From positions 6,370 to 70,369 of the forward strand of contig CAMBZJ010000014.1 of the NCBI GenBank assembly GCA_945872365.1: a stretch of DNA of 64,000 bases, written 5' to 3'. The notes beneath the pieces were generated by a model that saw nothing but the letters and a program-made list of their open reading frames with translations, ran no database searches and was not told the origin of the DNA. The position numbers and the translations under genes are program-made. Positions within the stretch are counted from its first letter, which is position 1; the number at the start of each line of letters is the position of its first letter. Below are positions 38,822 through 46,029 of the stretch, in pieces. Source of the DNA: Klebsiella pneumoniae (lineage in GTDB: Bacteria > Desulfobacterota > Binatia > UBA12015).

Positions 38822-40768
38822 ATGTCCTCGAACCGGAAACGTCGCAGTCGCAGCCCCGGGCCGGCGATCGCGGGCGGTCGAGTGGACGTTCGCGAACGCG
38901 ACGCGGGCGCGAACAGGTCCGTCGCCGGCGCGATGATACGCGGCGCCGGCGGCTCGCGGCCGGGTGGGGACGGATTCCGGTCGGCGGACCAAGGGGCGGC
39001 GGTCGCCTCGCCGCTCTCGGCCGTCGATGCGGGGCTCGCGGCCCTGCTCGCGGTCGTCACGTTCGCGCTCTTCTCGCGCATCCTCGGCAACGGCTGGGTC
39101 AACTACGACGATCCGGTCTACGTGACCCACAACCCGCACGTCATCGCCGGTCTCGGCTGGGACGGTTTCCGCTGGGCACTCACCTCGGGCGAGGCGACGA
39201 ACTGGCACCCGCTCACTTGGCTGTCGCATATGCTCGACATGACACTCTTCGGCGACGACCCACGCGGGCACCATGCGACGAGCGTGCTCCTGCACTCGCT
39301 CAACGCCGCTCTTGCCTTTCTCGCGATGCGCCGCCTCACCGGGGCGCGCTGGACCAGCGCCGCCTTCGCGGCGCTCTTCGCCTGGCACCCGCTGCGCGTC
39401 GAGTCGGTCGCTTGGCTCTCCGAGCGCAAGGACGTCCTGAGCGGATTCTTCTTCTTCGCCACGCTCTGGGCGTGGGCGGAGTACGCGCTGCGGCTGGGGC
39501 GCCCGGGCACCCACCCGCGTTTCTACTACGTGCTGGCCCTCCTGCTCCTCGGGCTCGGGCTCTGCGCCAAGCCGATGCTGGTCACGGTGCCCTTCCTGCT
39601 GCTCCTGCTCGACGCATGGCCGCTCGGACGGCTCCGTCTGCCCGGCGTCGCCGCCGACCGGCCGCCGGGTCCCGTGCCCGGCCCGCTCTTGCTCGTCCTC
39701 GAGAAGTTCCCGTTCCTGCTCCTCGCTCTCGCTTCCTCGGTCGTCACCTACCTGGTGCAGCGCGGGGGCGGGGCCTTCTCGATCCGCGTCGATCTCGCGG
39801 AGCGCCTCGCCAACGCCCCGGTCGCGATCGCGCGCTACCTCGCGCACTTCTTCTGGCCGTTCGGGCTCTCGCCGATCTACCTCCACCCGATCCACTGGCC
39901 GGCATGGGCGGTCGCGGGGGCGACGGCGCTCGTGCTGCTGCTCTCGCTCGCCGCGCTCGTCGCGGGGCGCCGTCGCCCGTGGGTCGCCGTCGGCTGGGCC
40001 TGGTTCCTCGGCATGCTCGTGCCGGTCATCGGCATCGTGCAGGTCGGCCTGCAGGCGATGGCCGATCGCTACACCTACCTGCCCATGCTCGGCGTCGAGG
40101 TAGCGCTCCTCTGGACGCTGCGCGAGTTCGCGTCGAGCGCAGCACTGCGCCGCACGACCGCCGCAGGGCTCGCCCTGGCACTCGCGGGCTGCGGCGTTCG
40201 CACCTGGCAGCAGTGCGGTGTCTGGCGGGATTCGACGACTCTCTTCGAGCACGCGGTGGCGCTCGACGACGGGAACTACGTCGCCCGGCACAACCTGGCG
40301 ATCGCGCTGCTCGATGCGCAGCGCCCCGAGGATGCAGGGCGACACTTCGCGCGCATGTTCGAGACCTTGGCCCCGTTCGAAGACCGTCTCTCCGACGGCG
40401 TGCGCGCTCTCTACTACGGCGAGGCGAGCAGCCACTACGGCGCGATTCTGGCCATGCAGGGCAAGCTCGACGAGGCACGCGCCCGTTTCGAGACGGCGCT
40501 GCGCCACAACCCGCAGAGCGTCAACGCGCACGGCAATCTGGGCAAGATCTACGCGATGACCGGACGTGCCGACGAGGCGATCGAGCAATTCCGCATCGTG
40601 CTCGAGATCGAGCCGAACGATGCGCGCACCGTGTGCAACCTCGCCGACGCGCTGGCGACCCGCGGGGAGCAGGCGGAGGCGGCGGCGCTCTTCGCGCGCG
40701 GCGTCGAGATCCTCGGCCCGCCGGGCTGCCCGGGCCGCAAGGCGGATACCGGACCCTCCTGCGGCTGA
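38822..40768 (+). CDS. TMTC-like membrane glycosyltransferase with C-terminal TPRs
   Basis: NYDDPVYV, NWHPLTWLSH, HPLRVESVAW.SERKD, AKPM, MADRYTYLP, WRDS..LF followed by TPR repeats. Start uncertain (38822/38933). Confidence 0.85.
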   Translation: MSSNRKRRSRSPGPAIAGGRVDVRERDAGANRSVAGAMIRGAGGSRPGGDGFRSADQGAAVASPLSAVDAGLAALLAVVTFALFSRILGNGWVNYDDPVYVTHNPHVIAGLGWDGFRWALTSGEATNWHPLTWLSHMLDMTLFGDDPRGHHATSVLLHSLNAALAFLAMRRLTGARWTSAAFAALFAWHPLRVESVAWLSERKDVLSGFFFFATLWAWAEYALRLGRPGTHPRFYYVLALLLLGLGLCAKPMLVTVPFLLLLLDAWPLGRLRLPGVAADRPPGPVPGPLLLVLEKFPFLLLALASSVVTYLVQRGGGAFSIRVDLAERLANAPVAIARYLAHFFWPFGLSPIYLHPIHWPAWAVAGATALVLLLSLAALVAGRRRPWVAVGWAWFLGMLVPVIGIVQVGLQAMADRYTYLPMLGVEVALLWTLREFASSAALRRTTAAGLALALAGCGVRTWQQCGVWRDSTTLFEHAVALDDGNYVARHNLAIALLDAQRPEDAGRHFARMFETLAPFEDRLSDGVRALYYGEASSHYGAILAMQGKLDEARARFETALRHNPQSVNAHGNLGKIYAMTGRADEAIEQFRIVLEIEPNDARTVCNLADALATRGEQAEAAALFARGVEILGPPGCPGRKADTGPSCG

Positions 40769-40947
40769 TGGGCGGGCGGCGGCCTGCCCGAAGCGGGGCG
40801 CCGCCGCGAATCGCTGCTTCCCGCCCCCGACCGGTCGCCGCGCTCCATGCGTGAGCAGAAGCGGCGGCAAGGGCGGCTGCCGATTCGCCGGTGGCCGTCG
40901 CGATCGATTCACTTGTCTCGGGCGGAACTCGGGACTAGGCCTCGGGC

Positions 40948-41289
40948 ATGACATCAAAGCCGACGGACGCCGCGCACAAGGGGCGCGCCGACCGCCCCGT
41001 TCCACCCGTCCTCACCGGGGCCCAGCGGCACTCGCTGCGCGGTCGGGCCCACGTGCTGCGGCCCGTCGTACAGGTCGGGCATGGCGGGGTGAGCGACGCA
41101 GTGCTCGACGCGGTCGACGAGGCACTGGAAACGCATGAACTCGTGAAGGTCCGCCTGCACGAACCCGGAAACAAGAAGGGCGATGCAGAAGCGCTTGCCG
41201 CGGGCGCGCGTGCCGTGCTCTGCGGCCTCGTTGGTCACACCGTGATCCTGTGGCGGCCGCGCGAGGAGAAGCCCTCGGTCGTCCCGTGA
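40948..41289 (+). CDS. yhbY: YhbY/CRM RNA-binding protein
   Basis: LRGRAHVLRPVVQVG..GV, HELVKVR, VGHTVILWR. Confidence 0.88.
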   Translation: MTSKPTDAAHKGRADRPVPPVLTGAQRHSLRGRAHVLRPVVQVGHGGVSDAVLDAVDEALETHELVKVRLHEPGNKKGDAEALAAGARAVLCGLVGHTVILWRPREEKPSVVP

Positions 41290-42056
41290 GCCCGCGCGCG
41301 AGTGGGCGAGTCGCGGCCGCGGAGCCGCAGCCGCGGCGCCGGACTGCCGCCCGGAAAACCGGGTCGGGGAAGCCCGCTCTCCCGGAAGCTCCGTCGCCGG
41401 ACACCGGCTCCGCAAGGAGCGACGCTTCCTTCCACACCGCGGCGGAGCGACACCTTCGCCGGGTGGACGCGCGGCTCGGCGCAGTCGTCGAGCGTGTCGG
41501 CCCCTGCAAGCTGCGGCCGCGTATCGATGCCGGCGCCCGGGCGGATGCGCCCTGGGCCGCGCTCGCGCGCGCGATCGTCTTCCAGCAGCTCAACGGGCGC
41601 GCGGCCTCGACGATCTTCGGCCGCGTCCTCGCGCTCTTCCCGGACGGGGAACTCCCGGCACCCGCGCGTCTGCTCGAATTGCCCGACGGCGAACTGCGTG
41701 GCTGCGGGCTTTCGGTCGCAAAGACCGCAGCGCTCAAGGATCTCGCGGCCAAGACCATCGATGGCGTCGTGCCGTCCTCGCGCGAGATCCTCCCGCTCAC
41801 CGACGAGGAGATCGTGGAGAGGATCACCGCCGTGCGCGGGGTCGGCCCGTGGACCGTCCAGATGATGCTCATGTTCGACCTCGGCCGCCCCGACGTGCTG
41901 CCCGCGCGCGATCTCGGCGTCCTGCAGGGCTTTGCGCGCGTCTACGGCAGGCGTGAGCGCCCCGATCCGCGCGAGCTCGAACGGTACGCCGAGCGCTGGC
42001 GTCCGCACCGTACGGTCGCCTCCTGGTACCTCTGGCGCGCGCTGGAACTCGGGTGA
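41286..42056 (+). CDS. DNA-3-methyladenine glycosylase II (AlkA/HhH-GPD)
   Basis: IVFQQL, HhH VRGVGPWT, RPDVLP..DLG, WRPHRTVASWYLW; GTGA overlap with yhbY. Confidence 0.9.
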   Translation: MSPRASGRVAAAEPQPRRRTAARKTGSGKPALPEAPSPDTGSARSDASFHTAAERHLRRVDARLGAVVERVGPCKLRPRIDAGARADAPWAALARAIVFQQLNGRAASTIFGRVLALFPDGELPAPARLLELPDGELRGCGLSVAKTAALKDLAAKTIDGVVPSSREILPLTDEEIVERITAVRGVGPWTVQMMLMFDLGRPDVLPARDLGVLQGFARVYGRRERPDPRELERYAERWRPHRTVASWYLWRALELG

Positions 42057-42127
42057 GCATGCGGACGTGGCCAGTCGGGGCGCGCGGGCGCGGCGCCACG
42101 GCTGTGCGTGCACGGCCCGGACGTGGC

Positions 42128-43792
42128 TCAGCCGAGCGGCGCGCTCGCGACGAGGTAGCGCACGACCGGGGCGCGCACGCCGACGTGGAAGGCAGTCGCC
42201 CGGCGCCCGATCTCCCGGTCGACCACGGTGAGCCGCTCGCGCTGGCGCAGGTAGTCGAGCCACGACTCGACGAGAAAGGACTCGACGTATGTCCCCGGTC
42301 GCTCGGCGTCGGCGAACAAGCCCCACCGCCAGGCGCCGCGCCGCCGGCGCATCCGCCGCACCGCCTGCATGGTCGCGAGGAAGGCCTCGGCGCGTTGCGG
42401 GTCGATCTCGTACTCGATCGTGACCAGCACCGGTCCCTCGTCGTGGTCGATCGCCTGCGCCACGGCTCCGGGCAGCCGGAACTCGGCCGGGGTAAAGTCG
42501 GCGCGCGATGTGTCGGGCAACCGGACGCGGAGCGCCACGAGTCCGCTCGCGAGGAGCGTCGCGGCGGCGAGCGCGAACGCCTGCGGGGTCCCGAGGCGAT
42601 CTGCGGCCCAACCCCAGGTCGCCGAGCCGATGGCGATCCCGCCCTGCATGACCAGCAGCAGGACGGCGAGCGCGCGTGCGCGGACCCAGCCGGGCACGGC
42701 GCCCTGCGCGGCCGCGTTCAGGCTCGACAGCACGGCCATCCAGGAGAGACCGGCCACCACGAGCGCCAGCAGGGCGACGGGCGGAGCGGGAACGGTTGCG
42801 AAGACGGCGAGCACCGCGGCGAAAAGCAGCGTGCAGAGATCGATCGCGCGGTCCACTCCGAGTGCGGCGCGCAGGCGTGGCAGGGCGACCGTGCCCGCGA
42901 TCGCACCGAGCCCGAAGCCGCCGAGCAGCAGTCCATAACCGCCCGCGCCGAGCTGCATCTCGCGACGCGCGAGCACCGGCAGGATCGCCCAGAGGGCACT
43001 CGCGCCCACGACGAAGAGCCCGATCCGGGCGAGGATGCTGCGCAGGCCCGGCGAGTGGCGCGCGAAGCGGAGCCCCGAACGCATCGCTCCGAAGACCTCC
43101 TCGCGCGGCAGCTCGCTCGTCGTCGTCGTCCGTCGCCAGCGCAGCAGTACCGCGATGACCACCGCGAACGACGCGGCGTTCAGCAGGAAGGCGGCGCCCG
43201 TCCCGAGCGTGGAGACCATGAGACCACCGATCGCCGGGCCGACGGCGCGCGCTCCGTTCACCGCCGCCGAGCCGAGTGCGATCGCGGCCGGCAGTTCCGG
43301 CCGCGGCACGAGTTCGGTCTGGATCGCCTGCCATGCCGGCGCGGTCAGGGCGGATCCGATGCCGAGGGCAAAGGTCAAGCCGAGCAGGCTCGACGGAGCG
43401 AGTCGCCCCGCGAACGCGAGGCCCGCGAGAGCGCCGGCGACGAACAGCATCCAGGCCTGGCTCGCGATCAGCAGCCGCCGGCGATCGACCACGTCGGCCA
43501 GAGCGCCCGCGGGCAGGGCGAACAGGACGAGGGGCAGGCTGGCCGCGGTCTGCACGAGTGCGGTCATGCCCGGCGAGGGCGAGAGCGAGGTCATGAGCCA
43601 CACCGCGGCGACGCCCTGCACCCAGGTCCCGACGTAGGACGCGATCGATGCACTCCAGAGGGAGCGGAAGTCGGCGTGGCCGAGCGGTGCCCAGGGCGAG
43701 GGGCCGGGCCCGGGAGCCGTCGCGCCCCCGGCAGCGATGGCCCGTCCGCCCTCGGCGGCGTCGGCGGAGGTTCCTTCCGGCGCACGGTCCAT
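42128..43792 (-). CDS. MFS transporter (MFS_3 type) with C-terminal soluble domain
   Basis: 12 TMs, GALADVVDRRR, PAWQA, ARAVGPAIGG; C-terminal GPVLVTIEY...RRRGA..W..E.F..SW.DYLRQ. Confidence 0.9.
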   Translation of the reverse strand: MDRAPEGTSADAAEGGRAIAAGGATAPGPGPSPWAPLGHADFRSLWSASIASYVGTWVQGVAAVWLMTSLSPSPGMTALVQTAASLPLVLFALPAGALADVVDRRRLLIASQAWMLFVAGALAGLAFAGRLAPSSLLGLTFALGIGSALTAPAWQAIQTELVPRPELPAAIALGSAAVNGARAVGPAIGGLMVSTLGTGAAFLLNAASFAVVIAVLLRWRRTTTTSELPREEVFGAMRSGLRFARHSPGLRSILARIGLFVVGASALWAILPVLARREMQLGAGGYGLLLGGFGLGAIAGTVALPRLRAALGVDRAIDLCTLLFAAVLAVFATVPAPPVALLALVVAGLSWMAVLSSLNAAAQGAVPGWVRARALAVLLLVMQGGIAIGSATWGWAADRLGTPQAFALAAATLLASGLVALRVRLPDTSRADFTPAEFRLPGAVAQAIDHDEGPVLVTIEYEIDPQRAEAFLATMQAVRRMRRRRGAWRWGLFADAERPGTYVESFLVESWLDYLRQRERLTVVDREIGRRATAFHVGVRAPVVRYLVASAPLG

Positions 43793-43878
43793 GCCTCCCC
43801 GGTCCTAGCACGGGTGGTCGGGGCGCCGAGAGTCGCGCCGCTTGTCCGGTCCCGGTCGGGTGTGGTGAAGAGGGAGCC

Positions 43879-45087
43879 ATGGACGTTCTGAAGGGAATCC
43901 GCATCCTCGAAGTGTCGGAATGGGGCTTCGTGCCTTCCTGCGCGACCGCGCTCGGCGACTGGGGGGCCGAGGTCCTGAAGGTCGAGCATCCGGTGCGTGG
44001 CGACGCGATCCGGGGTCTCATCACCTCGGGCATGATCCCCGGGGCAAAGGGCGTGAACTTCTTCGTCGAGCAGCTCTTCCGCAACAAGAAGAGCGTCGGC
44101 ATCGACTTCACCAAGCCCGAGGGCCGCGAACTGCTCTACAAGCTGGTGAAGGTCTCCGACGTCTTCCTCACGAACTTCCTGCCCGACGCGCGCGAGAAGC
44201 TCGGCATCACCCACGCGGACCTGAAGAAGGTGAACCCGCGCATCATCTACGCGAAGGGCCACGGCCAGGGGCAGAAGGGTCCCGATGCGAACCGCGGCGG
44301 CTACGACGGGCTCTCATTCTGGGCGCGCGGCGGCGTGTGCGACATGCTGACGCCGCCGGGCCAGCCCTTCATCCAGCAGCGGCCGGCCTTCGGCGACTTC
44401 ACCGGCGGCATGTTCCTCGCGGGCGGCATCGCGGGTGCGCTCTTCCATCGCGAGCGCACCGGCGAGGCGATCGAGGTCGACGTGTCGCTGCTCGGCGAGG
44501 CGGTCTGGATGCTCTCGCCCGACATGACCGCGGCGATGACCTACGGCTTCGAGCTGCCCAAGGGTGGGTCCGGCGGAACGCCGAATCCGCTGGTGGCAAA
44601 CTACGAGTGCGCCGACGGCAGGACGCTCGTGCTCATGATGCTGCAGCACGACCGTTTCTGGCCGATCTTCTGCAGGGCGGTGGGTCGAGACGATCTGCTC
44701 GCCGACGTGCGCTTCAATCCCGACGCGGCGCGCGCGAAGCACCTGCCCGCGCTCTTCGACGATCTGCGCGCCATGTTCAAGCGCGAGCCGCGGCCCCACT
44801 GGGCGGCGCTCCTGAACGCGACCGAGTGCATCTGGGGCCCGATGCAGACGCCGCTCGAGGTCGTCGCCGACCCGCAGGTCGTCGCCAACGGCTACATTCT
44901 CGACGTCGCGCACCCGGTGCACGGCAAGGTCCGCGTCTGCGCGAGCCCGGTGCAATTCAACGGCGAGCCGCCGGTCGTACGCAACGCGGCCCCCGACTGC
45001 GGCGCCGACACCGAAGCCGTCCTGCTCGAACTCGGCCTCACCTGGGACGACCTTGGCCCCCTCAAGGAAAAGGGTGTCATCTCCTGA
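43879..45087 (+). CDS. Family III CoA-transferase (CaiB/BaiF)
   Basis: LGDWGAEVLKVEHP.RGD, RNKKS, TNFLP, catalytic Asp in FGDFTGG, AP.CGADT; GGAG RBS. Confidence 0.93.
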   Translation: MDVLKGIRILEVSEWGFVPSCATALGDWGAEVLKVEHPVRGDAIRGLITSGMIPGAKGVNFFVEQLFRNKKSVGIDFTKPEGRELLYKLVKVSDVFLTNFLPDAREKLGITHADLKKVNPRIIYAKGHGQGQKGPDANRGGYDGLSFWARGGVCDMLTPPGQPFIQQRPAFGDFTGGMFLAGGIAGALFHRERTGEAIEVDVSLLGEAVWMLSPDMTAAMTYGFELPKGGSGGTPNPLVANYECADGRTLVLMMLQHDRFWPIFCRAVGRDDLLADVRFNPDAARAKHLPALFDDLRAMFKREPRPHWAALLNATECIWGPMQTPLEVVADPQVVANGYILDVAHPVHGKVRVCASPVQFNGEPPVVRNAAPDCGADTEAVLLELGLTWDDLGPLKEKGVIS

Positions 45088-45136
45088 CCTGCGCCGCGCA
45101 CCCCCTTCGGCGGTAACGCAGCCGCCCCGCACCAAC

Positions 45137-45166
45137 GCAGGCGGGGTCGCGCGCGACCCCGCCTGC
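45137..45166. repeat. Perfect 30-bp palindrome between convergent genes (REP-like element / possible bidirectional terminator)
   Basis: GCAGGCGGGGTCGCG|CGCGACCCCGCCTGC is its own reverse complement; no U-tract. Confidence 0.75.
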
Positions 45167-45204
45167 CACAAGAGTGCGAGCGTCCGCCACCCCCAGCGGG
45201 TGCG

Positions 45205-45585
45205 TCAGCGTCGCGCCGTCGCCGTGATCAATTCGATCACGTGTCCGTCGGGATCGCGCACCCAGAGTTGCCCGATCTCCGGCGTTGTTTCGATGACCTC
45301 GAGTTCCCGCTCCCGCACGCACCCGAGCGCCTCCGCGTAGTCGTCCACCGTGAGGGCGAGGTGGCTCGCGAGCGGGCTCAGCGACGGTGCGGGCTGGTCC
45401 ACCGCCAGGCCCTCGGGGGTCACGATCAGGTGGACCTGGGCGTCGCCGACGCCGAGCCAGGCGCCGGCCATCGGGAAGTCCGGGCGCGGGACCTGCGCGA
45501 GCCCGAGGAAGTCGCGGTAGAACGCGAGCGACCGATCGAGGTCGCGTACCGGCAGCGAGACGTGGTTCACTGAACGAACGCGCAT
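45205..45585 (-). CDS. VOC/glyoxalase family protein
   Basis: NHVSL.V.DL.RS..FY, QVHL, HLAL, RDPDGHVIEL. Confidence 0.9.
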   Translation of the reverse strand: MRVRSVNHVSLPVRDLDRSLAFYRDFLGLAQVPRPDFPMAGAWLGVGDAQVHLIVTPEGLAVDQPAPSLSPLASHLALTVDDYAEALGCVRERELEVIETTPEIGQLWVRDPDGHVIELITATARR

Positions 45586-45606
45586 GGCGATGCTCTAGCC
45601 CCGGGG

Positions 45607-45887
45607 TTGATCCGAGCCAAGCCCCGGGCGACGAAGCTCACGCCGCCGTCGCGTCGGCGCTGCACAGACACGCGACTGCTCGCCGACGGACTCGCGAAAC
45701 TCGGCTGGCCGAGGGCGTGCGTCGAACGCCTGATCGAGGAGGCGTCCCCGGCGACCTTCCCGGTGGGCCGCACGACCTGCCGCCACCGCGCGGCATCGCG
45801 GCCTTGGCCGCGCGCGGGCTGGTCCGCCGCCGGCGTCGTGACCTGTTCGTCCGGGTAGGGGAACTGTTCGATCTCTGCGGCGGTTGA
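45607..45887 (+). pseudogene. Possible Crp/Fnr-family regulator remnant with internal deletion and frameshift
   Basis: One frame gives LGWPRACVERLIEEASPATFPVGR, like the start of a cNMP domain. A second frame gives RGIAALAARGLVRRRRRDLFV, like the end of a Crp wHTH. The middle is missing. Confidence 0.4.
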
Positions 45888-46029
45888 CCACCGCGTGTCG
45901 CTTGCGGTCCCGCCGTCGAGCGTGGATCCTGTCGGCGTGCGCTTGGTCGATCGTTTTCGCCGGTCCCCGGATCGCGCGGGGCGCGCGGGGCGCGCGGGGC
46001 GCCGGGAGTGCAAGGCGCACGTGGTCGCG

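Noticed and set aside
45973-46002. 9-bp GC tandem (CGCGCGGGG x3)
   Set aside because: Short low-complexity repeat with no spacers; not CRISPR, and a multiple of three so not a phase-variation frameshift tract.
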